From Coleofasciculus sp. B1-GNL1-01 (GTDB lineage: Bacteria > Cyanobacteriota > Cyanobacteriia > Cyanobacteriales > Coleofasciculaceae): 29,283 nucleotides of DNA. Below are positions 1 to 9,987 of this stretch, piece by piece. The position numbers were made by a program, and so were the translations under genes. Position 1 is the stretch's first letter. Each line of letters starts with the position of its first letter. The notes below the pieces were generated by a model. It saw nothing but the letters and a program-made list of their open reading frames with translations. It was not told the origin of the DNA and made no database searches. Where the stretch lies: assembly GCA_040220235.1 (NCBI GenBank), contig JAVJTO010000140.1; one strand, 5' to 3'.

Positions 1-141
1 CGTGCCCAGAAGATTCTGAGTCAGTTTGAGGGCTTTTTTGATGCTGAAACAATTGCCAAAATACCTGACGAAGCCTTTGCCCTATTGGTGGGTGTATTTC
101 CTTATACAATTCAGATGATTCGAGATTCGCCAAGGAACTAA
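1..141 (+). CDS. 3' end of a partial CDS, product unknown
   Basis: Frame 1 is open from the window edge (RAQKILSQFEGFFDAETIAKIPDEAFALLVGVFPYTIQMIRDSPRN) to TAA at 139-141. Confidence 0.55.
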   Translation, partial: RAQKILSQFEGFFDAETIAKIPDEAFALLVGVFPYTIQMIRDSPRN

Positions 142-341
142 TAATGCTTCAGATGAGGATATTACGTTTTGTGAATATTGGACTCATCCGAAGCAAACAC
201 CAATGATACAACTTACTGGCTGAGTTAAAACAGTGAGTAAACTCATGATCGAGTAACCATGAACCATTCCCCCAATCCAGTTCTAGAGAGTTCCAATCCT
301 TCCTGGATAGTAATCCGAGATTGGTTGGAAAAGAATGACCA

Positions 342-713
342 ATGACCACAGAACGAATTGTCAAAACTGGATCAGGTTGGCGTCTAGGTTGGAATCCTCA
401 GGCAACTCATTATCAGGGGTTAGTGGGTACAGATGAGTGGGCAATTGAGCTGACTCAGGCGGAGTTAGACGATTTTTGTCGATTGTTAGCACAGCTTGCT
501 CAAGCCATTGAAAACATCGCTGATGAGTTAGTTGATGAGGAGAAAATCACCTGTGAAGCCGAAAGTGACTTGCTCTGGATGGAAGTAGAAGGCTATCCGT
601 CTGCCTATACACTACGCTTTATTTTGAACCAGGAACGTCGTTGTGAGGGGAGTTGGCAAGCCCAAGCTGTTCCCGGTTTACTGCAAGCGGCTCAGTCTCT
701 AAGAGTCTTTTGA
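342..713 (+). CDS. DUF1818 family cyanobacterial protein
   Basis: 123 aa with GSGWRLGW, WAIELT-E--DF-RL, EAESDLLWMEVEG and R-EGSW motifs, recalled as DUF1818. Confidence 0.8.
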   Translation: MTTERIVKTGSGWRLGWNPQATHYQGLVGTDEWAIELTQAELDDFCRLLAQLAQAIENIADELVDEEKITCEAESDLLWMEVEGYPSAYTLRFILNQERRCEGSWQAQAVPGLLQAAQSLRVF

Positions 714-732
714 TACCAAATCCGCCTTTGTG

Positions 733-760
733 TGTAGGGGCGACCCGCTTGCATAAATGA
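733..760 (+). repeat. GTAG-type REP-like repeat fragment
   Basis: GTGTAGGGGCGAC..cTTGCAtAAAT; a related copy lies on the minus strand at about 25866-25893. Confidence 0.5.
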
Positions 761-791
761 TAAATCCTATGATAACCTAGGAAAGGTTTCA

Positions 792-865
792 CGGGGCGTA
801 GCGCAGCTTGGTAGCGCACCACTTTGGGGTAGTGGGGGTCGTGGGTTCAAATCCCGCCGCTCCGA
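792..865 (+). tRNA. tRNA-Pro (anticodon GGG)
   Basis: Acceptor stem CGGGGCG/CGCTCCG, D-arm GCGCAGCTTGGTAGCGC, anticodon arm CCACT-TTGGGGT-AGTGG, T-loop GTTCAAAT; CCA is not encoded. Confidence 0.97.
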
Positions 866-876
866 TCGCAAGATAA

Positions 877-916
877 GAATTGACCCTGGAGATGTTTATT
901 TCTCTAGGGTTAATTC
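877..916 (+). terminator. Hairpin downstream of the tRNA, likely terminator
   Basis: GAATTGACCCTGGAGA / TCTCTAGGGTTAATTC inverted repeat starting about 12 nt after the tRNA. Confidence 0.6.
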
Positions 917-1069
917 ATGGTTAAGGATTCATGACTCAAACCGAAGAATCTTACCAGAACCTTAACAAAAAAAGTCCCCAGTTCTGTCCTTGAATGGCGA
1001 TAATAGAAACGCGGCGGTAATAGCGCTCTGTGCAATGTACATCAATCCGATTCAAGAGAGGCGTGAACA

Positions 1070-1282
1070 ATGGCAACGTTAACCATGTCCCAGCGTGATT
1101 TGTCGGCTTTCACGAAACAGGATGTTGCTGAATTAGCAGGACGTTTAGAACAGGACGAATATGAAAATGCGTTTGCGGGACTAGATGACTGGCATGTGCT
1201 GCGGGCGCTAGCCTTCCAACGTCCGGAGTTGGCAGAACCCTACCTCTACTTGCTAGACCTAGAAGCGTATGATGAAGCGTGA
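1070..1282 (+). CDS. DUF2555 family protein
   Basis: 70 aa with VAELA-RLEQD-Y--F-GL-DWH-LRA-AF motif; SD-like GAGAGG upstream; 4-nt GTGA overlap with coaBC. Confidence 0.8.
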   Translation: MATLTMSQRDLSAFTKQDVAELAGRLEQDEYENAFAGLDDWHVLRALAFQRPELAEPYLYLLDLEAYDEA

Positions 1283-2481
1283 ATGAGTCGCGGCGAGTAT
1301 TGATAGGTATAGGCGGTGGTATCGCCGCCTATAAAGTTTGTCAGGTGATTTCCACCCTGTTTCAGGCTGGGGTGCAAGTTCGGGTGATTCTCACCCAGGC
1401 GGCTCAAGAATTTATCACCCCCCTGACTATTTCCACCCTCTCGCGCCATCAGGCGTATACTGATCGCCTATTTTGGCAACCGATTCATAATCGCCCGGTT
1501 CATATCGAGTTGGGTGAATGGGCTGATTTATTCGTGATTGCCCCTCTTACCGCCAACACGTTGGGCAAATTAGCTCACGGTTTAGCGGATAATTTATTAA
1601 CCAATACCGTTCTCGCCTCCCATTGTCCCGTACTCCTTGCCCCAGCGATGAACACGGATATGGGGGAACAGCAGGCAGTACAACGGAATTGGCAGCAAGT
1701 TTTGAGCGATCCCAGATATCATACGGTGGGACCCGGTGCCGGACGATTGGCGTGCGATCGCATTGGTGCAGGGCGCTTGGCAGAACCCTCCGAGATTCTC
1801 GCTGCTATTTATTCAGTGTTATATACAGGTGGTAAGCGGAATTTACTCGGCAAACAGGTATTAATTAGTACAGGTGGCACCAGAGAACATTTAGACCCCG
1901 TGCGCTTCATTGGCAACCCTTCTACAGGTAAAATGGGATTGGCATTGGCACAAGCCGCCAAGCATCGCGGTGCCAAAGTGGTGTTAGTTCATGCGCCTCT
2001 AACCGAACCCATTCCCCCCGATATTCAGGCAATTTCAGTCGTCAGTGCTGCTGAAATGCGTCAGGTCATGTTATCTTATTTCTCCGAAGCGGATTTGGTA
2101 ATCATGGCAGCCGCCGTCGCCGATGTCAAACCTGCTGATCATACCTCAGAGAAATTACCCAAAGCCCAGCTTCCCACTGCCTTAGCTTTAGAACCTGTAC
2201 CGGATATTTTGGCAGAGTTAGGACAGCGTAAACAAACTCATCAACAATTAATCGGCTTTGCAGCACAAACTGGCAATATTGTCAAGCCTGCGTTAGAAAA
2301 ATTAAACGCCAAGAATTTAGACGCGATCGCCGCCAATCCGATTGATCAGCCGAATGTTGGATTTGCCAGCGATACCAATCAAGCTATTTTCATCGATAAA
2401 CAGGGACGCCAGGAGTCGGTTCAACCGTGCAGCAAACTTGAACTCGCCCACGCCTTGTTGAATTTTATCAGTTTGGAGTAG
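1279..2481 (+). CDS. coaBC: Bifunctional phosphopantothenoylcysteine decarboxylase / phosphopantothenate-cysteine ligase
   Basis: [54 protein letters not shown] and GFAA motifs. Confidence 0.96.
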   Translation: MNESRRVLIGIGGGIAAYKVCQVISTLFQAGVQVRVILTQAAQEFITPLTISTLSRHQAYTDRLFWQPIHNRPVHIELGEWADLFVIAPLTANTLGKLAHGLADNLLTNTVLASHCPVLLAPAMNTDMGEQQAVQRNWQQVLSDPRYHTVGPGAGRLACDRIGAGRLAEPSEILAAIYSVLYTGGKRNLLGKQVLISTGGTREHLDPVRFIGNPSTGKMGLALAQAAKHRGAKVVLVHAPLTEPIPPDIQAISVVSAAEMRQVMLSYFSEADLVIMAAAVADVKPADHTSEKLPKAQLPTALALEPVPDILAELGQRKQTHQQLIGFAAQTGNIVKPALEKLNAKNLDAIAANPIDQPNVGFASDTNQAIFIDKQGRQESVQPCSKLELAHALLNFISLE

Positions 2482-2485
2482 GTTT

Positions 2486-2511
2486 GTAGTAGGCACTTTA
2501 GTGCCTAAAAA
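2486..2511. repeat. GTAG-led hairpin between convergent genes (REP-like, possible terminator)
   Basis: GTAG followed by TAGGCACT-TT-AGTGCCTA and an A-run. Confidence 0.5.
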
Positions 2512-2619
2512 GCTGAGGGGGTGACACGGGACTTGAAGGTACTACTGGGTATAGGGTGTAGGGAAACATTGAACTAATCTCAGGGAGTCACCAAAATATC
2601 CACCTACTTACGGACAGCC

Positions 2620-3387
2620 TTATTCATGAATATCTCGTCCTTCAGCAATCAGTAAAACCACTTTTCCAGCTTCATCTTTTAACGGTTTAAGGGAGAAATC
2701 CATGCGAATCATGATGCTTTCCTGTTTGCGAAACTGAACATCCTGTCGCACCAAATCACCATTAGCCGCCTTTTTAATCGCCGCTTTCAACCACTCCTGT
2801 ATAGAGGGGCAGTGATTCCAACACTCCAGTTTCCATACGGGCAAACCGAGTAAATCATCTAATTGATAGCCACTCGCATTTAATGCCGTTTCATTGATAT
2901 CCACAATCAGCCCTTCTGGAGTCAGCAACATCATCGATTGAAAGGTTTGATTAAAAATTCCCCGAAAACGTCGTTCACTATCCTGGAGTTTTTTGAGAAT
3001 TTGTCCCCGTTCAATCCCGTAACGAATCGTTTTCACCAATAAGGGAATGGTAATATCATCCTTAAGTAAATAATCTTGCGCTCCATGCGCCATTGCTCCT
3101 AGGGCTAATTCTTCGTCATTGGCTCCCGTTAACACAACAATGGGCAGATGGGGAATCGCCTCTCGGAATTCGGTAACGGTTTCTAAGCCATCAGTATCAG
3201 GAAGATTCAGGTCTAACAACACTACATCAATGGGGAGATTTGTACAACTCTCAATCGCATCAGCGAGTCGTTCAACATGATGCAATTGCCATTCTTTTGG
3301 GTCTAAACGTGAAAATCGATGACGCTGCAAGCGAGCATCACTAGGGCTATCCTCCACTAATAGGACATGAATTAGGTGTTTGTCCAT
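2620..3387 (-). CDS. Response regulator, REC + PAS, no output domain
   Basis: VLLVED, DVVLLDLNLPD, LTG and GAQDYLLK receiver motifs; then SERRFRGIF...PAS...LKPLKDEAGKVVLLIAEGRDI. Confidence 0.9.
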   Translation of the reverse strand: MDKHLIHVLLVEDSPSDARLQRHRFSRLDPKEWQLHHVERLADAIESCTNLPIDVVLLDLNLPDTDGLETVTEFREAIPHLPIVVLTGANDEELALGAMAHGAQDYLLKDDITIPLLVKTIRYGIERGQILKKLQDSERRFRGIFNQTFQSMMLLTPEGLIVDINETALNASGYQLDDLLGLPVWKLECWNHCPSIQEWLKAAIKKAANGDLVRQDVQFRKQESIMIRMDFSLKPLKDEAGKVVLLIAEGRDIHE

Positions 3388-3397
3388 AGGACTGGTA

Positions 3398-3844
3398 TCA
3401 CTCCGAGGGCAATTGAACCGCCGCTAACCAAAATTCTTCCAATAGCTGAACCATTCGCATAAACTGTTGAATATCGATAGGTTTGGTAATATAGCAGTTG
3501 GCATTAAGTTCATAAGACTTGAGTATATCCTCTTCATCCTCTGAAGTTGTGAGAACGATCACTGGAATCCGTTTGAGCGTGGGGTGTGATTTGACCGAGG
3601 TTAATACTTCTTGACCATCCATTCCCGGCAAATTCAAATCCAACACAATCAAATCCGGACGGGGGCTGTTCGCATAATCTCCTTGCTGGAGTAAGTAGTC
3701 TAGGGCTGTTTCCCCATCTTCCACCCAATGTAGGTTGTTGGCAATTTTAGCTTGCTTAAAGCTGATCTGGATCAGATTCGCGTCACTGGGGGAATCTTCC
3801 ACCAGTAAAATTTCAATGGGTCTGAATCTATAACGGCTGTTCAT
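3398..3844 (-). CDS. Single-domain response regulator, Rcp1-like (phytochrome-associated type)
   Basis: EILLVEDS, PRPDLIVLDLNLPGMDG, LTTS, SYELNANCYITKP and C-terminal FW motif; overlaps the kinase end by 17 nt. Confidence 0.9.
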   Translation of the reverse strand: MNSRYRFRPIEILLVEDSPSDANLIQISFKQAKIANNLHWVEDGETALDYLLQQGDYANSPRPDLIVLDLNLPGMDGQEVLTSVKSHPTLKRIPVIVLTTSEDEEDILKSYELNANCYITKPIDIQQFMRMVQLLEEFWLAAVQLPSE

Positions 3845-6800
3845 CAGGGGATATCAAACAGGGAAGGGTCAAGAAAAATGTGCTACCGACTCCAGGTTGA
3901 GATTCCACCCAAATCCGTCCACCGTGGCGTTCGACAATTTTCTTACAAACGGCTAAACCGATACCTGTACCCGAAAACTCGCGCCGGGTATGGAGACGTT
4001 TGAAGATGACAAAGATACGGTCGAGGTATTTGGGTTTAATCCCAATTCCATTATCCTTTACCTGAAACAGCCATGCATTCTCTGTCAATTGTGCCTCAAT
4101 CTGGATGTGAGGGGGGCGATCGCGGCAGAATTTGATCGCGTTGGCGATGAGATTTTGAAACAGTTGGATCACTTGAGTGGGATCAGCCTGAACCGTGGGG
4201 AGGGAATCGTAGGTAATCGTGGCTTGGCTTTCTGCGATCGCCACCTGTAAATTCTCCGTCACCTGATGTAGGATGACATTACAATCTGTGGGTTTTCCTT
4301 CGGGGGGACGAGTCCCTAGGCGAGAATACATCAGCAAGGCTTGAATCAACTGGCGCATTCGGGTTGCACCATCAATGATAAATGCCATATAGTCTTGGGC
4401 GGATTCATCGAGTTGATCCAGGTAGTCTTGTTGCAACAGTTGGGTATAACTTGCCACAGCGCGTAAGGGTTCTTGTAAATCGTGGGACGCTATATAGGCA
4501 AACTGTTCTAATTCTTGATTCGATCGTTGGAGTTCCTGGGTGAGTTCTTTAAGTTTTGTTTCCGCCTCGCGACGTTCAGCAATTTCCGTCTGTAAGACGT
4601 TATTCATGGCGCTTAAGGCTTGGGTGCGTTCTTCGACTCGCCGTTCTAATTCTTCTCGGGCATTTTGTAAGATATGTTCCGCTTGTTTTTGCAGGGTGAT
4701 ATCTTGGGACATTACCATTCCGGCAAAAATTTCACCTTGCTCATTTTTCACCGGAAGCGTATACACTTGATGGGTGCGATCGGCAAATATCATTTCCGAT
4801 ACATTCGTTTCTCCGGCTAACGCTGACCGATACAGGGGTTCGATTATTTGACAAACATCGGGTGATAAGACATCTGTAATAGTTTTTCCTTTTAACTGTT
4901 CCGGCTCAAAGCCGCTAGCCCTTACCCCCTCCCCTTCTGCTAACAAGAAGCGTAACTCTCGATCAAATAATAAAACACTACCATTCGGAAAGTTTTGCGT
5001 CAGGGTTCGATAAAGTCCCTCACTTTTACGCAAAGCGGTTTCTGTGCGTTTGCGTTCGGCAATTTCCGCCTCTAAGGAATGATTAAGTTCCGCTTGTTTT
5101 TGCCACAGACGAGCATTTTTAATCGAAATCGCGGCTTGGGCTGATATTAGATTTAAGAGTTCAACTCGTTCGGGCGTAAATGCCGCGATCGCTAAATTAT
5201 TTTCTAGATAAAACAGTCCAATCAATTGTCCTTGGTTGAGCAGTGGCGCACAGACGATAGATTTGGGTTGATTGTGCTGAATATAGGCATCGGTAATAAA
5301 TCTATCCTCAGATGTGGCATCATTTAAGACTAAAATATCTTGCGTCCGGCTGACATAATGGATAATCGTGGTGGGAATATCTTGGCTGGTTTCTAAGGGA
5401 ATTGATTGCAAGACAGCAATACTATCCAAATCTCCCCGACACGTTGCTTCAATCCGTAACTGTCCCTGCCAATCCAATAGTAGAACGCCTTGTGTCGCCC
5501 CAGCATTTTCGATTAACAGCTTCATTAAGCTAATCAGCAATTTATCCAGGGCAATTTCACTGGAAAGCACTTGGAATGTTTTAATAATCGTGGTCAAGTC
5601 TAGCACAGCGGCAAGATGACTCCCCGAAACTGAGTCCGTATTTGAATTGGTAAGTGTATCTTTGATATTAACCGAGGTTAAGGCGTCGGTAAATAAGCCA
5701 GGATAAGTCTTCTCTAAATCTTCAACCTTTCGCTTGGCACCCCAATGTTGATAGCCCCAGCGTGCTTTTTGCATATAGAGTTGAGCAAACTTCACCTTAC
5801 CTTTACTCCACCAAAACTTTGCGGCTAATTCATTGGCTAAAGCCTCATGGTGAATAAACCCATTGGTTTTGGCTAAATCAATGGCTTGATCATAAAAGTC
5901 CATCGCTTTTTCCGTTTGACCAGAAAGCCGCGCCATTTCTGCATTAATTAATACATAGTTATGCCGAAAGTTTTCTGGGCAATTGTCTGCCCAACTTTTC
6001 ATCTGAGCTTGAGCAATAATCAATGTTTGCCAATAATCAGCTTGTTGACTTTCCGCCGCCTGAGGATAGAGTGCAGTTAGAATCAGGGATCTATAAAAAT
6101 TATGTTCAGCTTGGGTAAATAGACCACGAATAAAGGGCAGGTATTTTTCGGCTGATTTAATCCAATTAAGTGCTGCTTCCGGTTGATTGTAAAGATAGAG
6201 AACCCAGGCTTTAATACTGTAAAATGTACAAAGACCACCAAACGTCTGATAAGTCTGGCAGGTGGCTAAATAATTAGCTTCACTCATCTCATCCGTATCA
6301 AATACCTCTTTCGCTTCCGTTCGTCCACATAAATTCCAAATAGGCAGTTTACAGGCTAAAATCATATCTGTTACCCATTGATTTTGAGTTTTGCGGCTAA
6401 AGTGCAAAAATGTATCAGCTTGGGTAAGGATATCAGTTAAGCTTGAGCCTTGATTGAAGGCATTATGAAATTGATTGTTTAAGATATAGCCAACATATTG
6501 AAAATCCCCCGCTTCCATTCCCGCCTGATAAGCTTCATGATTAATCGACTCAGCACATTGAATCGGCTTGATCCAGGAATTCAAAAATGTCGCCAAGAAA
6601 TGATGGGTGCGACTGATATAAATTGGATGATTAAAGGTTTTGCTCAGTTGACAAGCCAGTACACCAAAGGCATACCCAGACTGATAATCTCCCCAAAGGG
6701 AACCCAGGAGTAATCCATAATTAGAGTAACCTTTGGCTGATTCAGGAGCATTGCCATATTGTAGGGATAAATTGACGAGTTTTACGGTAATCCAGGCATA

Positions 6801-9665
6801 ACTATCTTGATCAAAGAAATACGTGGGCGGATCAAGGCTTAATAGTAGATTAACTGCCGCTTTTGTCGCCGTATCAGTCATGTAGGGTAAATCAATTAGA
6901 CTGGCAATATGCCGATTTCCTAAATTCCGTTTTAAGTCGGATAATTCAGTATTTAAGCCGCTTTTTACATTAGTGTCGGGAAAATCGATGCCGATTTTTT
7001 TGAGGGCTTGGCGTCCAACTTGAATAGCTTCTTCATAGTTGGCTAGCATGGTATGCTGAACAATAAGCAGGTTATACAGTTCAGCCTGTTCTACAACGGA
7101 TTTAGCTTGAATTAAACTCTGATGAATTAAATGCTGTGATGATTCAAAGTCACCATTCAGATATTCAACTTCAGCGAATTCCTTATGAAGTTTTAAAGTT
7201 AATGAATACTGGTCAGTCCAGCTTGTTTCACTTAAGGTTAATAGTCCGTAGTTTAGATAATCTCTAGCGGCAGTATAAGCCGTTGCTGACTTCGCTTTTT
7301 TGGCAGCCGCTAAGTTTAACCGCGTTAATTCAAGTCGTTCGTGAGGGGTGGTAATCGCGTAACCTTTCCAATTGAGATGATCAACAATATCAAAAATTCG
7401 CTCATATTTTTGATAGGGGGATAGCTGGGCAAGCAACAGCCGACCAATACACCAGTGAACGGTTTCTTTTGTTACTTTATCCATTAAAGCATCAACCGCT
7501 TGTTGTACGCGATCGTGCGAAAACTTATAATATTGAATTAAATGAAAATAGTTTTGCGATTTTTTTGCCTGGGGTTCAATTAATCCTAACTGAATGGCTG
7601 GATATAAATCATCCCAGGTTTGATCCGGAATTTTCTCATGAATTTTAGCAAGTAAATCGAGTTGAAAATGATTTCCGATACAAGCGGCTAAACTTAAAAC
7701 ATGTTGAGTGCTTTCCGGAAGCTTTTTTAACTTGCTAATCATCAACTCCACCACGTTATCTGTAATCGCCGTTTCTTCAATCCGGTCGATATCCCAAGTC
7801 CACTGACCAGAACCTTCGTTGGTGGAAGAACTAAAGAAAATCAGATTTTCTTGGGCGAGGGTTTTGATAAATTCTTTAATAAAAAAAGGATTTCCGGCGG
7901 TTTTACGCACTATGAGTTCTGCTAAATCAGTAACAGCTTGAGCATCTCTGTGTAAAGTTTCAGAGATTAACTCAATAACGTGTTCCCGGTTCAGGGGGGT
8001 TAAGATAATTTGGTTAAGAATAACGCCAAGACTACAAATTTTATCGAAGCTAATCATTAAAGCATGATTAGCTTCAACTTCATTGTCTCGATACGCACCA
8101 ATGAGGAATAGATGGTGGATTGGGTCATCTGTCAAAATAAATTCCAGCAACTTTAGGGTAGCCGCATCAGCCCATTGTAAATCATCTAAAAAAATGACTA
8201 AAGGATGTTCAGGTTGACAGAAAACCCGCATAAAGGCTTGAAATACTAAATGGAAGCGATTTTGGGATTCGGCTAATCCCAATTTAGGCACTTCTGGCTG
8301 AGTGCCAATAATCAGTTCAATTTCTGGAATGACCTGGATAATAATCTGTCCATTGCGACCCAAGGTTTCCAGTAATATTTTTTTCCATTGCCTAAGTTGG
8401 GCTTCACTTTCAGTTAGAATTTTTCGGATTAATTTAGAGAAGGCATTAACCAGGGCTGAATAAGGAATATTGCGTTGAAATTGGTCAAATTTTCCCCTAA
8501 TAAAATAACTGCTTTCCTGGATAATCGATGGACGAATTTGCTGGATTAAAGCGGACTTACCTACACCAGCATCACCCGTAATCAAAATGATTTCACTCAA
8601 CCCTTTTGAGAGATTCATTGCCCCCTGCCCCTTCGGGTAACAGGCGATGCGAAAGAAAGCGGCGAGGAGTGCTTGGATTTCACGTTCTCGACCATAAAGT
8701 TTTTGGGGAATTTGCAATATTTTCCCCAAATCGTGACATCCAAGAGTAAATTCTTTGATTTTGCCAGTTGTTTTTAATTGGTCTAAACAATACTCTAAAT
8801 CTGCCTTGAGTCCTACAGCACTTTGATATCGCTTTTGCGGTATTTTTTCCAATAGTTTCATGACAATATTGGAAATGGCTTGAGGACAAACTTTGTTTAG
8901 CGTTAATTCCTCCTCGTCCCCACCTTCTCCAGCGCCCTTATCCTTTTCCTCAACACTATTTGACTGCAACGTTACATGAGGGGGGAGAGGCTGTTGAGCC
9001 AGATGGCAATAAATCAACTCCATGGGTTCATCTTTATCGAAAGGAAGATGATGGGTTAATAATTCATAAAGAGTGACACCTAAGGAATAAAAATCCGTGC
9101 GGTAATCTAGAGGACAATCCATCCGTCCAGTTTGCTCTGGTGATAAATAGGCTAAGGTTCCCTCTACACTAGGCGATTGTTTGAGCGAATGATTTTCGCT
9201 GGATACGCGAACTGCAATACCAAAATCAATGATTTTGAGTTGTTCCGTTGCTGGATTGAAAATAATATTTGATGGATTAATATCTTTATGAATTATATTG
9301 ACGGCGTGGAGTTGACCTAAGCCTTCTGTAATCTTAATCGCAATGTTCAGGATATCGGACAGTGAAAATTTTATTGTATTGAGTAATACGTTTAATGATT
9401 CTCCACCAATGTCTTCAAATATGATCACCAACCTATTCTGATAAGTGAGTAAGTCGTAGGCGTGAATGACACCCGCCAGTTGCCAGTTATGAGTAATTTC
9501 GTATTCAGTTTTATAGCGACTAAGTTCTTCAGACGTAGGATAGTCGGGTTGGAGAAGTTTCAGAATAACAGGTTGAGTATCGACCTGTCGGATTCCCCGA
9601 TAGACTATAGAATTAGAGCTTTCGTATATTTTGGAGAGAATCTGGTAACCCGGAAGGATAATCAC
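3828..9665 (-). CDS. Trifunctional Ser/Thr protein kinase / AAA ATPase / GAF-PAS sensor histidine kinase (HstK-like)
   Basis: Kinase motifs HKDINPSN, DFG and GTLAYLSPEQTGR; Walker A GDAGVGKS and Walker B FLDDLQWAD; helical region; GAF (YLENN); PAS; H-box ASHDLQEPLR; NLIANAIKF, DNGIG and GTGIGL. GTG start. Confidence 0.93.
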   Translation of the reverse strand: MIILPGYQILSKIYESSNSIVYRGIRQVDTQPVILKLLQPDYPTSEELSRYKTEYEITHNWQLAGVIHAYDLLTYQNRLVIIFEDIGGESLNVLLNTIKFSLSDILNIAIKITEGLGQLHAVNIIHKDINPSNIIFNPATEQLKIIDFGIAVRVSSENHSLKQSPSVEGTLAYLSPEQTGRMDCPLDYRTDFYSLGVTLYELLTHHLPFDKDEPMELIYCHLAQQPLPPHVTLQSNSVEEKDKGAGEGGDEEELTLNKVCPQAISNIVMKLLEKIPQKRYQSAVGLKADLEYCLDQLKTTGKIKEFTLGCHDLGKILQIPQKLYGREREIQALLAAFFRIACYPKGQGAMNLSKGLSEIILITGDAGVGKSALIQQIRPSIIQESSYFIRGKFDQFQRNIPYSALVNAFSKLIRKILTESEAQLRQWKKILLETLGRNGQIIIQVIPEIELIIGTQPEVPKLGLAESQNRFHLVFQAFMRVFCQPEHPLVIFLDDLQWADAATLKLLEFILTDDPIHHLFLIGAYRDNEVEANHALMISFDKICSLGVILNQIILTPLNREHVIELISETLHRDAQAVTDLAELIVRKTAGNPFFIKEFIKTLAQENLIFFSSSTNEGSGQWTWDIDRIEETAITDNVVELMISKLKKLPESTQHVLSLAACIGNHFQLDLLAKIHEKIPDQTWDDLYPAIQLGLIEPQAKKSQNYFHLIQYYKFSHDRVQQAVDALMDKVTKETVHWCIGRLLLAQLSPYQKYERIFDIVDHLNWKGYAITTPHERLELTRLNLAAAKKAKSATAYTAARDYLNYGLLTLSETSWTDQYSLTLKLHKEFAEVEYLNGDFESSQHLIHQSLIQAKSVVEQAELYNLLIVQHTMLANYEEAIQVGRQALKKIGIDFPDTNVKSGLNTELSDLKRNLGNRHIASLIDLPYMTDTATKAAVNLLLSLDPPTYFFDQDSYAWITVKLVNLSLQYGNAPESAKGYSNYGLLLGSLWGDYQSGYAFGVLACQLSKTFNHPIYISRTHHFLATFLNSWIKPIQCAESINHEAYQAGMEAGDFQYVGYILNNQFHNAFNQGSSLTDILTQADTFLHFSRKTQNQWVTDMILACKLPIWNLCGRTEAKEVFDTDEMSEANYLATCQTYQTFGGLCTFYSIKAWVLYLYNQPEAALNWIKSAEKYLPFIRGLFTQAEHNFYRSLILTALYPQAAESQQADYWQTLIIAQAQMKSWADNCPENFRHNYVLINAEMARLSGQTEKAMDFYDQAIDLAKTNGFIHHEALANELAAKFWWSKGKVKFAQLYMQKARWGYQHWGAKRKVEDLEKTYPGLFTDALTSVNIKDTLTNSNTDSVSGSHLAAVLDLTTIIKTFQVLSSEIALDKLLISLMKLLIENAGATQGVLLLDWQGQLRIEATCRGDLDSIAVLQSIPLETSQDIPTTIIHYVSRTQDILVLNDATSEDRFITDAYIQHNQPKSIVCAPLLNQGQLIGLFYLENNLAIAAFTPERVELLNLISAQAAISIKNARLWQKQAELNHSLEAEIAERKRTETALRKSEGLYRTLTQNFPNGSVLLFDRELRFLLAEGEGVRASGFEPEQLKGKTITDVLSPDVCQIIEPLYRSALAGETNVSEMIFADRTHQVYTLPVKNEQGEIFAGMVMSQDITLQKQAEHILQNAREELERRVEERTQALSAMNNVLQTEIAERREAETKLKELTQELQRSNQELEQFAYIASHDLQEPLRAVASYTQLLQQDYLDQLDESAQDYMAFIIDGATRMRQLIQALLMYSRLGTRPPEGKPTDCNVILHQVTENLQVAIAESQATITYDSLPTVQADPTQVIQLFQNLIANAIKFCRDRPPHIQIEAQLTENAWLFQVKDNGIGIKPKYLDRIFVIFKRLHTRREFSGTGIGLAVCKKIVERHGGRIWVESQPGVGSTFFLTLPCLISPDEQPL

Positions 9666-9837
9666 GGTGGGATTTCCCTATTAGTGCGCTGTTCCAGACG
9701 TAGGAATGGTACGTCTATCTAAAAACGGTAGCATTTTGATGGGAAAGTGTCTCTTTTTTTATAGGATTAGTGATAGGTGTTAGGTTTTTTAGCTTCCAAC
9801 AGACAATTGACACCCGACACCCGATCCCCTACACCCT

Positions 9838-9945
9838 TGCTCAACCGAGCTTTTCACCTTAAGTTGACACCAATGACAGCCCTCACCCCCAGCCCCTCTC
9901 CCAACCTTGGGAGAGGGGAGTCAGAGGGGAGTCAGAGGGGAGGGA
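9838..9945. repeat. Cluster of dispersed repeats
   Basis: CTTAAGTTGACACCAA motif (also on the minus strand near 23893 and 25919); CCCCTCTCCC-AACCTT-GGGAGAGGGG hairpin; tandem GAGTCAGAGGG x2. Confidence 0.6.
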
Positions 9946-9987
9946 TGATATAACGCACAATCACCCGATTCTTGTCGGAGGTGCTGA

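Noticed and set aside
619..822. 67-aa minus-strand ORF
   Set aside because: Antisense to the tRNA and the DUF1818 gene; a shadow ORF.
792..865. tRNA-Pro as the attachment site of an integrated element
   Set aside because: No integrase, no duplicated tRNA 3' end noticed, and the neighbours are core genes.
3828..9665. Giant kinase/ATPase as an Avs-type anti-phage defence system
   Set aside because: No nuclease or toxin effector and no defence-island context; the architecture matches known cyanobacterial signalling kinases.
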